The notes beneath the pieces are model-generated. The model saw only the letters and a list, made by a program, of their open reading frames with translations, ran no database searches and was not told the origin of the DNA. Both the position numbers and the translations under genes were made by a program. A stretch of 62,845 nucleotides of DNA. It comes from a virus (Duplodnaviria > Caudoviricetes). The DNA lies in IMG/VR virus record IMGVR_UViG_3300032236_000207, positions 1 through 62,845 of that record; one strand, written 5' to 3'. Of this stretch, positions 28,953 to 37,923 are shown piece after piece (position 1 is the stretch's first letter; each line of letters begins with the position of its first letter).

Positions 28953-29414
28953 TTATGCCAAACGAAGCAACGCGTTGGTTGAGTCGTTAGTAGGCATTGT
29001 CAGGGTAAAAGTACCTGCGGTAATGGTTTGTGAACCGAACGTGTGAACGCTAACAGCCTTGTTTGACTGAGTAGAGTTATAGATCAATACAGCGTTAAAA
29101 GCTGTAGAAAGGGTCACGTTGGTGTAAACGATTGAAGCAGATGGTGTGATGAATGCAGTAGTGCTGCTCGATGATGGAGCAGTACCAAACGTAACAGTAA
29201 CGCCACCAGCAGTGTAGTTAGTACCTGTAACTTCGTTAGTTGAAGAATACGCAGTGGTAGTCGAGTCAACAGTCGCGGTAGTTACATACAAAGCTGCTTT
29301 AAATGTGTCCGCAGTACCTGCTGTGTGGGCAGGGATACCGGTTGCGTTGAACGCGTGGACAGCATTGAACAAGTCAACCTTGAACGATGTGCACATTGCT
29401 TGGGTATTAGCCAT
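28953..29414 (-). CDS. Virion structural protein (paralog of 29619-30044)
   Basis: FKAALY..TTAY..GG..LIY..V..FG..FT shared with the paralog. Confidence 0.7.
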   Translation of the reverse strand: MANTQAMCTSFKVDLFNAVHAFNATGIPAHTAGTADTFKAALYVTTATVDSTTTAYSSTNEVTGTNYTAGGVTVTFGTAPSSSSTTAFITPSASIVYTNVTLSTAFNAVLIYNSTQSNKAVSVHTFGSQTITAGTFTLTMPTNDSTNALLRLA

Positions 29415-29424
29415 GATATTTCCT

Positions 29425-29619
29425 TTAAGCCAAAGATGCCGCCACTGGCGTGCCGATTACGGAACGCTTAAGTTCCATGTGAACTGAGCGATGAACAAGT
29501 TCACCGTTTAACCAATACTCTACCCATGAGGTAGTTTCGTTTTCGTTGTCGAGTGAACCTTCCTTCTTTTCCAGAAGAGAGTCATCCATTTCGCCGTGAA
29601 TTGTGTTAATAAGTGCCAT
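29425..29619 (-). CDS. Hypothetical protein
   Basis: 64 aa, TAATG overlap with the upstream gene. Confidence 0.6.
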   Translation of the reverse strand: MALINTIHGEMDDSLLEKKEGSLDNENETTSWVEYWLNGELVHRSVHMELKRSVIGTPVAASLA

Positions 29620-30044
29620 TACGCTATCCTTATGATTGCTGAAGAGTTTGTAATTGCTGGGAATTGTACGGTGAACGTGCTAGTACTTGACTTGTCATTT
29701 CCAAAATCAAGCACGCAAACTGCTGGGTTGCCACCGCCGCTTTGATAAATCAATGCACCCCGTGCAGTTATCGCACCAGTCCATGCCACATTGTTAAACG
29801 AAATGTAGGCTGTAGTTCCAGTTGCCCCCACAGTCGGCACTTGCGTGATTGTCAAAGTTTGTCCACCAGCAGCATAGTTTCCTCCAGACGCTTCTCCTGT
29901 AGCGGTGTAAGCCGTTGTGGTTGCATCTAGGGTTGCTGAGTTTGTGTAGAGCGCGATCTTGAATGTGCCAGACGTAAAGTTAAACGTGCCATTCATCAAG
30001 CCCGTTTTAAACACATTACATGCGTAGTTGCCTGTAAAAGCCAT
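29619..30044 (-). CDS. Virion structural protein (paralog of 28953-29414)
   Basis: FKIALY..TTAY..ARGALIY..VLDFG. Confidence 0.7.
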   Translation of the reverse strand: MAFTGNYACNVFKTGLMNGTFNFTSGTFKIALYTNSATLDATTTAYTATGEASGGNYAAGGQTLTITQVPTVGATGTTAYISFNNVAWTGAITARGALIYQSGGGNPAVCVLDFGNDKSSTSTFTVQFPAITNSSAIIRIA

Positions 30045-30730
30045 CAGGTCACCGCCTGTCTATATTGACCAGAACGATACGCATCCTGACGCTCCAGACC
30101 ATCTCCAAGGCGTTTAGCCAAGGCTAATGCTTCTTTGTACTTTGTATCGTACAGAGTAATGATGTCTTGTTCGCCCTTCATGTATGTATAGGCTTCAACC
30201 AGTGAGCCATACAAAAGGACAGTATCAAAGTTATCGCCCAGCCATGTTGTTGTAGCTGTAGTGATTGACTCTGGGTAGTAGTAATAGTGCAACTCTACGT
30301 TATAGGACGCATCGGGAGTTGGACCAAGAATAAATGTTAACTCTGCGGCGTTGCTTGATTGGGGGCCAAACAATGCGTAATATTTTGGTGCGCCCAAATC
30401 CGTTGGGTTTGGATACGCTTCACGCATGAAGTTAACGTCTTTGTTTAGCAAGTAGGTATATGAACCATCGGTGCCAACGTAGGCGAGTGAATACGTAGCT
30501 AAGAAATCTGCAGGGCAGTTTAGGTATTTGTTGTTATACGCTAAAACCCCAGTCACGTTTTTACGTAACGAAGGAAATTGAATCGTGTTGTAAATACGCT
30601 GTTCAGCTTGTTGGATAAAGCGATTCAACTGGGTCGTTGAAGACACAGTAGTGCCGTCCGCCAAAGTGGTAGACGGAAACGTATTCTCGGTATACGTCTG
30701 AATCGCTGTTATCAACTCGCTGTAGTTCAC
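30044..30730 (-). CDS. Head-tail adaptor/tail tubular-like protein
   Basis: MNYSEL..FIQQAEQRI..PKYYA..PTPD..LLYGSLVEA pattern. Confidence 0.65.
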   Translation of the reverse strand: MNYSELITAIQTYTENTFPSTTLADGTTVSSTTQLNRFIQQAEQRIYNTIQFPSLRKNVTGVLAYNNKYLNCPADFLATYSLAYVGTDGSYTYLLNKDVNFMREAYPNPTDLGAPKYYALFGPQSSNAAELTFILGPTPDASYNVELHYYYYPESITTATTTWLGDNFDTVLLYGSLVEAYTYMKGEQDIITLYDTKYKEALALAKRLGDGLERQDAYRSGQYRQAVT

Positions 30731-30981
30731 GCCATCGGTCCTCTAGACATAGTGCCTTTAGTGGCGCAACCGGTACCACGCATTTTGATACCGTCGGTCT
30801 TGATGGGTTCGTTACCAGCAGATTTGCTGATGTACCCAATGGTCATATCAACATCGTTGCCTTTGCTCAAGTTGTCACCAAAGCCGGGGTTAGTACCATC
30901 TTTGTAGCCAAGTTCAACTTGACCACCAGACATAGTGTGGGGCTTTGCGTACTTAGACGCAGGCAAATTATTTTTAGCCAT
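30727..30981 (-). CDS. Small basic hypothetical protein
   Basis: C-terminal RGTGCATKG motif. Confidence 0.6.
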   Translation of the reverse strand: MAKNNLPASKYAKPHTMSGGQVELGYKDGTNPGFGDNLSKGNDVDMTIGYISKSAGNEPIKTDGIKMRGTGCATKGTMSRGPMA

Positions 30982-31181
30982 TACTTGCTCCCTTGGTTTT
31001 TGACGCGAGCCATATTGCGACCCATAGCTTTCATCATGTCGGTTGTTACGCCGCCCTTTTTGAGTGTGAGCTTAGTGCCCTTGCCACCCTTGTGTTCTTG
31101 CTTATCATGCTGCTTGAAAGCCTTTTTGATGAGGGCTTTGTCTTGCGCCATGTCAGCTTTGCTAGATTCCATTTTTGCCAT
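30981..31181 (-). CDS. Small basic hypothetical protein
   Basis: Lys-rich, LKKGG motif, AGGAG RBS. Confidence 0.6.
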   Translation of the reverse strand: MAKMESSKADMAQDKALIKKAFKQHDKQEHKGGKGTKLTLKKGGVTTDMMKAMGRNMARVKNQGSK

Positions 31182-31190
31182 TTTCAACTC

Positions 31191-31619
31191 CTACGTTGTT
31201 GCTATCGTAACTGTACCAAGTTGCACCACTAAAGCCAAGTTATTTGGCGTCAACGCTGCATCAAAACCTGCCGCCCCGCCAACAGGGTTCCAACCCCATT
31301 GAAAGATTCGGCTACCACCTTCATTCGTTCCAACCCCAGTCGGCCCTGTGCCGCCATTAGGATTTGTCTGCACTCCGCTTGTTCCAGAAAGAACATAGCT
31401 TCTATCTGGCCGTGGACTGCGCAATGCTTGCGGATCATCCACTGGGTACATACCCAACTGCAACTGCGGATGGTCTGGGTCCCAACATTCAGGGCACACC
31501 AGCAAGTCATAGTTCTTAGTCTTGATGATCTCTCGCTTAAGAACCTTTAACTTAAACCGCTGACCACAGCGGTCACACTCCGAAATCGCATATTTGCCAG
31601 AAGCAAAACGATTACCCAC
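31191..31619 (-). CDS. CxxC-CxxC structural-cluster protein
   Basis: CDRCG, CPEC, DPQALRSPRPD. Confidence 0.7.
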   Translation of the reverse strand: MGNRFASGKYAISECDRCGQRFKLKVLKREIIKTKNYDLLVCPECWDPDHPQLQLGMYPVDDPQALRSPRPDRSYVLSGTSGVQTNPNGGTGPTGVGTNEGGSRIFQWGWNPVGGAAGFDAALTPNNLALVVQLGTVTIATT

Positions 31620-31621
31620 GA

Positions 31622-32566
31622 CTACCTCCCAATGTAGGTTTGTCTAGGAACCAAACGCAAAGCCGCCTTTTCGTGATCTTCGTACGCTGCCAGTTCCCAA
31701 GCCTCGTCGTATTGTTGTTTCAATAAACCAATTCGCTCCATGCCCTGCGGAATTTTGCCCGCGATGTAGTACGACAGACCGGCTGCCATGCAAGGAATAA
31801 ATCTAAATGGAACGTCCATGATGTTCACACCGCCACCAGCATCCTGTGTGCGGCGTAGACGCCAATAGGCAAATGTGTATTGTTGCGCGCTATCAGGCGT
31901 AGGCCAAACAGTTATGGCTGGTACTTGTTGCCAGTACACGGTATCACCAGAAGTATGCGCCACAGCTATTGTATTTTGTTGTCCACGGAAACAGTTGTAC
32001 AAAGTGCCTGTAACTGCGTTGTCGTCCTGCGTGATATAGCCGTAGTTAATCACTTCTGAACCAATCTTTACGAAGCCAGATGCGGGTAAACCCGTAACAT
32101 CGCTCAACGAAATAGATGCAGAAGAACTTGTAATTGTTGCGGTTAGCGTAGAAGCAATAGGGCTGGTCTGCCCGTTATAACGCTGAATCCAGACTTGAAT
32201 AGGTCTGGCTTGTTGAATTTTGTTAGGAATCGTAGCGTAGGTAGAGACACTGATACGCGTAATGGTCAAGTCGGCCTGAGTCGCAGTGTTGTTTGCGCCC
32301 GTGCGTATGACATGCTCAAGCAAGTCAATAGTGTCGTTCGGCAAAGCATAAGTGTTCTGCCCCTGCACCAGATCAATAGTTCCCGGCTCAATCGTCCATA
32401 GATTGATGCCTCGGTTTGCCCAATCAGCAAACATGATGTTAAGACTACGACGAGCTGTGCGCAGGTCGTAGCCAGTGCGAAGTTCACTACCGGCGCGTTC
32501 AAACGCCTCCTCGACCAACTCAGAGAGGTCGAGGTTAAACGATACTGCGCCGGATGTGTTTGCCAT
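31622..32566 (-). CDS. Head-tail connector-like protein with inserted beta domain
   Basis: EEAFERAG..ARRSLN..WANRG..WPTPD..VPFRF pattern. Confidence 0.65.
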   Translation of the reverse strand: MANTSGAVSFNLDLSELVEEAFERAGSELRTGYDLRTARRSLNIMFADWANRGINLWTIEPGTIDLVQGQNTYALPNDTIDLLEHVIRTGANNTATQADLTITRISVSTYATIPNKIQQARPIQVWIQRYNGQTSPIASTLTATITSSSASISLSDVTGLPASGFVKIGSEVINYGYITQDDNAVTGTLYNCFRGQQNTIAVAHTSGDTVYWQQVPAITVWPTPDSAQQYTFAYWRLRRTQDAGGGVNIMDVPFRFIPCMAAGLSYYIAGKIPQGMERIGLLKQQYDEAWELAAYEDHEKAALRLVPRQTYIGR

Positions 32567-32841
32567 TATTTGGCTTTCTTCTTACGGGTTGAGGTTTCTT
32601 CAACAACTTCTTCTGCAGCGAAATGAGCTTCGACTTCCTCAGGAGTTGGTTCAACTACATCAGGGGGAGTTTCAGCTACAACTTCTTCAACCACAGGGGC
32701 TGGGGTAGGTGCCAACTTAGCAAGCAGAGCCTCTACATCGGCTGGCATTACGCCAGATGCGTTCACATGCACAGTTGCATACATGTTCAAACTTGCCAAT
32801 AGCAAATCGGCTTCGGCTTGGGTTACGTTAAGTGCTGACAT
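32566..32841 (-). CDS. Hypothetical protein
   Basis: AAGGA RBS; acidic Pro-rich C-half. Confidence 0.55.
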   Translation of the reverse strand: MSALNVTQAEADLLLASLNMYATVHVNASGVMPADVEALLAKLAPTPAPVVEEVVAETPPDVVEPTPEEVEAHFAAEEVVEETSTRKKKAK

Positions 32842-32850
32842 GATTTTCCT

Positions 32851-33027
32851 TTACTTTTTTAAACCTTTGAGAGTCTCGGCTAGACGAGCTCGTTGACCCA
32901 TCTTGCCGGGGGCTTTGGCTGCTTTTGCCAATTTCGCGGCGGGAATCGCTTTCCCTTTTTTCACACCAAGCTGTGAGCGCAGAGCGCCGGGTTTCTTGAT
33001 TGCGTTTTGAATCCATTTTTCAGCCAT
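32851..33027 (-). CDS. Small basic protein (not in ORF track)
   Basis: 58 aa MAEKWIQNAIKKPGALR...RARLAETLKGLKK; TAATG overlap. Confidence 0.65.
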   Translation of the reverse strand: MAEKWIQNAIKKPGALRSQLGVKKGKAIPAAKLAKAAKAPGKMGQRARLAETLKGLKK

Positions 33028-33260
33028 TATCTAAACCTCGCTGTTTTTTGGGCTATGCCCTTGGGTTGTGCTACGAATTGCTTTCCGGCTTTTTTGCCAG
33101 CGCGCTTCGCACGCGTTGTTGCAGCATACTCAGCAGGGCTAAGACTTTTGATCGCAGCTTCTGGAAGGTATCGCTCACCTGTTTTACTAGACGGTTTTCC
33201 ACTTTTGGTTCTCCATTTTTGGTCACCCCAGTTTTTCAATGACTGCTGTGGCGCTTTCAA
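33027..33260 (-). CDS. Small basic protein
   Basis: QQSLKNWGDQKWRTKSG..GKQFVAQP. Confidence 0.6.
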   Translation of the reverse strand: MKAPQQSLKNWGDQKWRTKSGKPSSKTGERYLPEAAIKSLSPAEYAATTRAKRAGKKAGKQFVAQPKGIAQKTARFR

Positions 33261-33529
33261 TCTTTGTAGCCCCCACCTGCTGCCTTGTACTTCTTAGCGA
33301 CTAATTGTGCCTTACGCGCTGACCACTGGCCTGCACCTGTGCCTTGAGTCGCTGCGGCCTTTACCTGCGCCACAATCCTCTTACGAAGACTTGGTTTTGT
33401 GTAATTACCAGCGGCATTTACATGCCCACCTTCAGCGTACTGAGTGAAGTCGGTGTCATCCCTTCGGGCTTTTCTTTTTCCCTTGGGCATTTTGGATGGG
33501 CTGATAGCGCCCATACCGCGACTCGCCAT
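33257..33529 (-). CDS. Small basic protein
   Basis: YAEGG, GQWSARKAQ, GGGYK motifs. Confidence 0.65.
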   Translation of the reverse strand: MASRGMGAISPSKMPKGKRKARRDDTDFTQYAEGGHVNAAGNYTKPSLRKRIVAQVKAAATQGTGAGQWSARKAQLVAKKYKAAGGGYKD

Positions 33530-33759
33530 CACTTGTACATACCTCCGCCGCACATGATGATAGTGCCACGGGTTTTACCCTTGGTAGCAATACCGTCGGC
33601 GCGACTAGAAGCGGAACCACCAGCAGCTTTTTTAACCGTTTTTGGAGCGGGTAAAGGCTTACCGTCAACCCTGATACCGCTACCGGGTTCTTGGGTCTTA
33701 GTGCCTGTACGAACAGGCTCATCCACTGGAGTTGAATCTGGGTATTTAATATCAGCCAT
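33529..33759 (-). CDS. Small basic protein
   Basis: KAAGG..ADGIATKGKTRG. Confidence 0.6.
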   Translation of the reverse strand: MADIKYPDSTPVDEPVRTGTKTQEPGSGIRVDGKPLPAPKTVKKAAGGSASSRADGIATKGKTRGTIIMCGGGMYK

Positions 33760-33761
33760 GA

Positions 33762-34226
33762 TTACTTCTTGGCCTTAGCCATGCCGCCTTTTTTGAGGCC
33801 TTTGTTACCGGCCATGACGATTTGTGTACCTTTGGTTTTGCCTTTAGAAGCAACGCCATCTTTGCTAGGAGCAGCGTGACGAACTTTGCCCATTGATGTG
33901 CTCATACCGGTATCAACTGAACCGCCTGTAGCCATCTTTTTTGCTCCGGCTTTTTTCTTAGCCATCATTGCCATAAATCCGGGATTCATCTTAGTAGCCA
34001 TACGGCCTCCTTCTTTAAAAAGTTCGGTCTTGCCCTGAAGAGTTTCGGGCTTGTTTACCTTCTGCAAATCAGGACGCATACGCGGCCCACCTTTAAAACT
34101 GATGCCTTTATCAGCCGTGGCAAATTCTTTACCAACAGACTGAGGGACACCAGCTTTCTTGGCAAACGATGGATTGTTAGCCACCGCTTCCATAAAATTG
34201 TGTTGTTTCTTGCTTGTGCTTGGCAT
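33762..34226 (-). CDS. Small basic protein
   Basis: MPSTSKKQHNFM..FKEGG..MATGG..DGVASKGKTKG. Confidence 0.65.
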   Translation of the reverse strand: MPSTSKKQHNFMEAVANNPSFAKKAGVPQSVGKEFATADKGISFKGGPRMRPDLQKVNKPETLQGKTELFKEGGRMATKMNPGFMAMMAKKKAGAKKMATGGSVDTGMSTSMGKVRHAAPSKDGVASKGKTKGTQIVMAGNKGLKKGGMAKAKK

Positions 34227-34227
34227 A

Positions 34228-34416
34228 TTAGACCTTGATAGGTAAACCTTTACCAGCGAGATAACCCGCAGCTAAAAGGCCAATCCAAATCAGCACTTTC
34301 TCGACCACGGTCTTACCAACTTTTTTATAGAACTCGGACGACAGCTCTTCAAGGGCAAGCTTTGCAGCTTCCTTGGCAATCAGTCTTTCGCGTTCAGTTA
34401 GTTCGATTTCAGCCAT
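34228..34416 (-). CDS. Small membrane protein
   Basis: One C-terminal TM helix. Confidence 0.55.
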   Translation of the reverse strand: MAEIELTERERLIAKEAAKLALEELSSEFYKKVGKTVVEKVLIWIGLLAAGYLAGKGLPIKV

Positions 34417-34417
34417 A

Positions 34418-34900
34418 TCAGCACACTTTCCCACGTGTCTTACCACGCATAGCAATACCGTCTGCACGACGTGAAGCGGATGTTTTACCACCAGACTTAT
34501 AGTGCGTTGACATTTCGCCCGCTTCTGGGCTTTCTTCTTTCACTTCTCTGAAACGAGCTTCAATGGGCTCAGACTTTTTATCGGTATCTTTTGCGGATGC
34601 ATTATCACCCACCATAGCTTTTGCGCCTTCATAGGCAGCGTCTGCACCAGCAACTCTGACAGCGGTTCTTTTAGCTGCTCTACCTCTAGCTTCTTCAACC
34701 GCTTTTCTAGCGCCACCTTTTAGATGCTCTGATTCAGACAAGATTTTTTTGATGTCGCCAAGAGTGCTGGAGTTACCTTTAAACGAAGGCATACCGCTCC
34801 ACTTAGTGCCGCTAACACTTGAACCGCGACCCATACCGCCGCCACCGCCACCACCTTCTAGCAGTTGCTCGTCTAGGCCTTTAATCTTTGACGTTGCCAT
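34418..34900 (-). CDS. Small basic protein
   Basis: YKSGG..ADGIAMRGKTRG. Confidence 0.6.
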   Translation of the reverse strand: MATSKIKGLDEQLLEGGGGGGGMGRGSSVSGTKWSGMPSFKGNSSTLGDIKKILSESEHLKGGARKAVEEARGRAAKRTAVRVAGADAAYEGAKAMVGDNASAKDTDKKSEPIEARFREVKEESPEAGEMSTHYKSGGKTSASRRADGIAMRGKTRGKVC

Positions 34901-34901
34901 A

Positions 34902-35213
34902 TCAGCACATCCTTCCTTTGGTTTTGCCCTTTTGGGCTACACCGTCTGCGGCTTTAATATATCCACCATCAGCGCAGTTCCACGCTCTAAGACTTTTGTT
35001 AATCCTAGAGTTCGGGTCGTTCGCTGTTTTTGAGGATGTTAACTTCTTTTTCATCCCACTCATTCTTGCGCAGAAAGAGTCGCGCCTTGAGCCGCCCTCG
35101 GGTTGAGGTGGTTTCAAGTTGTGCCCTTCTCTCTTCGCAGAGGCTCGCCCCTTGGCGTTCAAGCCGCCGTTGGGGTTCTTGCCTTCCTTGCGTTGCCATG
35201 CCGGTGTTGCCAT
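34902..35213 (-). CDS. Small basic protein
   Basis: AWQRKEGKNPNGGLN..SFCARM..SLRAWNC plus ADGG..DGVAQKGKTKG extension. Confidence 0.7.
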   Translation of the reverse strand: MATPAWQRKEGKNPNGGLNAKGRASAKREGHNLKPPQPEGGSRRDSFCARMSGMKKKLTSSKTANDPNSRINKSLRAWNCADGGYIKAADGVAQKGKTKGRMC

Positions 35214-35223
35214 ACATAGCTCC

Positions 35224-37875
35224 TTAAGCCTGAGCTTCTTTCCAAGATAAACGAGCGTAAACGTCGGTTGCAGTCGCCGTCAAAGGAGTTACACAAACAT
35301 ACAAGATGTCTGGGCCATCTGGATAGAAACCTGCTTGTGATGCTGGAATGGTATTTGTTGTACCGCCACCCAAGATTGAATTACCCAAGTCACGCACTTG
35401 AGACAAGTCCAAAGTGGTTTGACCGTTTGTGTTGGTAAACGCAGCCGCCACAGACTCGCCGCCAATTACGGTTACGCTGTTTGTAGTGTTTGCTGCAACT
35501 TGAGACAGTGAAGATGTAAACGCTCCAGTTGCCGTAGTAACAGGAGATGTAAAAGTACCGCTGAAAGTACCTGTGGTAACACCGTTCAACACCAAGTTAA
35601 CCAACAACGGGCCAGATGCGTAAACACCCAACTCGACGAGTTGCAATTGCATACGGTTGATAATTTCTTTTTTACCTAACAAATCAACTGTACCGTTATC
35701 AACTGCTGGTGCAACACGAATAGCCAATACTGGAGTCAGTGCAGTAGTAGATGTTGTGGTTGTTAATTTGCTTGTACCGTAGTTAAAGATCAATGACTTA
35801 TCGTCATCGAAACGTCCGTCCATAATGACTGATGAACCCCAGTGTGATAGGGACGCAGCAGTGTCAGGAGCAGCGTATTCAACGCTGATTGGCGCTGTAG
35901 CAGAGTAGGTAAATGTCTGAGCAGTGCCCGCACCACCAGACTGTGCACGCGCCGTAATAGTCAACGTGTTTGCAGTCTTAGCAGAGTAAGTGATGTACTC
36001 AATATTGCCGGTTTGACCAGAGTCTTGAATCTTTACTGTTCCAGTAGGGGCAAATCCAGAAGTATCCGCCACGCTAATTGTTCCACCAGTAGTCGTACCA
36101 GAAGCCAATGTAGCAGTCAGGAAAGAAACTGGAGTGACACCATTTGACTCATAGTGCGCTGACATGTTGCCAGAGCGCATGTAGGCTTCATACCGCTGGT
36201 TATTGTTAGTCTGTTGATACACATAAGTGATCTGCCCTTTTGCAGTACGCAGGCCCCAACGCATGAAACCAGCGCCATACCAAGAATAGTCGATGTACCA
36301 CATTTGCATCTTGGTCAAGTCAAGCACGTAGCCTGATGGACCTGTTCCGTCTAACGGATCAAGCCACTGTGAACGTGGGACACGAATATCAATAGTCTTT
36401 GAAGCTAGAGCACCAGCAAGCGTTGCGCCACGATACTCAGAAGTTAAATACAAAGATGTGTCGCTGGCAATGTTGTTTACGCGGTATGTTTGACCACGAA
36501 GAACAATAAAGCTACCGGGCTGCAACTGAGTACTAAACTGAGTTCCTGTGCCTGTAACAACAGAAGACCCAGAAGTCACTGACACCGTACCACTGATCTG
36601 GTTAATACTATTGCGCCAAACAGCATAGAGAGTCTGCCCGTCGTACTCAAAGAAAATACCGTTTTGCTGGTCAAAGAAACCAACGCGGTTGCTAGAGCCG
36701 TACCAGTTGATTGGGCTTACCTTGATGAGCAAACCAGTAGCAGTGGTAATTGATGGCGCACCTGACGTCATTGTGTACGTGAAGGTGCTTGGTGTTGGGA
36801 CAGTAGCAACAGTAAATGTACCGTTGTATTGACCTTGGTCACAACCAGCAACAATCACAGTACAGCCAACAGCCAAGTTGTGGTTGAAGCGTGTAGTTAC
36901 GGTAGCAGTTGTGCTTGATGCAGTAATGCTAGTAACAAACAGTGGTGGGCAAACTGAAGTACCTGTTGAGAACTGAATGCCTTTACCAGACTGGTAACGG
37001 AAATAACGGCGAGTCTGACGAATCAACTGGCTGTTTGGCACGCCAGAAGTAGCAGAAAACGCTACGCCGCCATCAAAAGCGCGAGATTCAACATAACCCG
37101 CTGGGCGGGCAAAAATGTTTGTCTGTCCAGCCGCAGTAGTCACAGTTCCAGAAGCCGCCGCCGCAGTTACAGTGAATGTATTTGCAGTCGGCACTGTTGC
37201 AACAATGTAAGCACCGTTGACGTTTGTACCGCCAGTAGTTCCTACGATGTAGGCGAAGCTACCTTTGCTCAGTCCGTGTGGGTTTACTGTGGTTACAGTA
37301 ATAACGGTTGAACTAGTCACTACAACTGCTGTAGTGCCAGACGCTACTTGAATACCTGCGCCAGAGTAAAAATACCCTGTGTAGACATAAGTCAAAGCGG
37401 CGTTGTAGTACGCGGCAGCGTTGGTAGTAGTTGAAGAGCCGGGAGCTAACAACACGGTGATTGTGGTGTTTGTTCCGCCTGTAACGACATAACCCCAGCC
37501 ATTGATGGTGGAGTTTGTAGAGTTCTGAATGTAGATCGGTGTGTTATTAGCAATAGTGCCAGTAAACGTGATCGTAATTTGGTCGGCTGTCGAAGTTCCA
37601 GTAATTGCTGAAACAGCAACAGGCAGCTGAGGAATGTAATAACAACTTGGTCTATTGTTTTGCAGGGCAATAGATTCCCACTTTGTAGGCTGCTGACCAT
37701 ACTCAAAGTCGGTATCAATCAACGCTTGCGGTTGTGACACCCGCATTTTGCCTACGGGGTCTTGGGCACCGGGAGCAGGGGTTACATAAGGCGATACAGC
37801 GCCTGAGTCACTTTTACCAGTGATAGGTTGCGATTTGTTTGTGTTCGCGTCAACTACGGTCCATCCACCAGACAT
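35224..37875 (-). CDS. Large S/T-rich virion surface protein with repeated beta modules
   Basis: 883 aa; two HGL/HNL..G..NG.Y.V..TFT modules; RRYFRYQSGK; WYGAG. Confidence 0.7.
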   Translation of the reverse strand: MSGGWTVVDANTNKSQPITGKSDSGAVSPYVTPAPGAQDPVGKMRVSQPQALIDTDFEYGQQPTKWESIALQNNRPSCYYIPQLPVAVSAITGTSTADQITITFTGTIANNTPIYIQNSTNSTINGWGYVVTGGTNTTITVLLAPGSSTTTNAAAYYNAALTYVYTGYFYSGAGIQVASGTTAVVVTSSTVITVTTVNPHGLSKGSFAYIVGTTGGTNVNGAYIVATVPTANTFTVTAAAASGTVTTAAGQTNIFARPAGYVESRAFDGGVAFSATSGVPNSQLIRQTRRYFRYQSGKGIQFSTGTSVCPPLFVTSITASSTTATVTTRFNHNLAVGCTVIVAGCDQGQYNGTFTVATVPTPSTFTYTMTSGAPSITTATGLLIKVSPINWYGSSNRVGFFDQQNGIFFEYDGQTLYAVWRNSINQISGTVSVTSGSSVVTGTGTQFSTQLQPGSFIVLRGQTYRVNNIASDTSLYLTSEYRGATLAGALASKTIDIRVPRSQWLDPLDGTGPSGYVLDLTKMQMWYIDYSWYGAGFMRWGLRTAKGQITYVYQQTNNNQRYEAYMRSGNMSAHYESNGVTPVSFLTATLASGTTTGGTISVADTSGFAPTGTVKIQDSGQTGNIEYITYSAKTANTLTITARAQSGGAGTAQTFTYSATAPISVEYAAPDTAASLSHWGSSVIMDGRFDDDKSLIFNYGTSKLTTTTSTTALTPVLAIRVAPAVDNGTVDLLGKKEIINRMQLQLVELGVYASGPLLVNLVLNGVTTGTFSGTFTSPVTTATGAFTSSLSQVAANTTNSVTVIGGESVAAAFTNTNGQTTLDLSQVRDLGNSILGGGTTNTIPASQAGFYPDGPDILYVCVTPLTATATDVYARLSWKEAQA

Positions 37876-37892
37876 GATAACTCCTTAAGTTT

Positions 37893-37914
37893 AAAGAAAG
37901 GGGCCGAAGCCCCT
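37893..37914 (-). terminator. Rho-independent terminator
   Basis: AGGGGC-TTCG-GCCCCT then TTCTTT on the - strand. Confidence 0.7.
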
Positions 37915-37923
37915 GTTGCTTAA

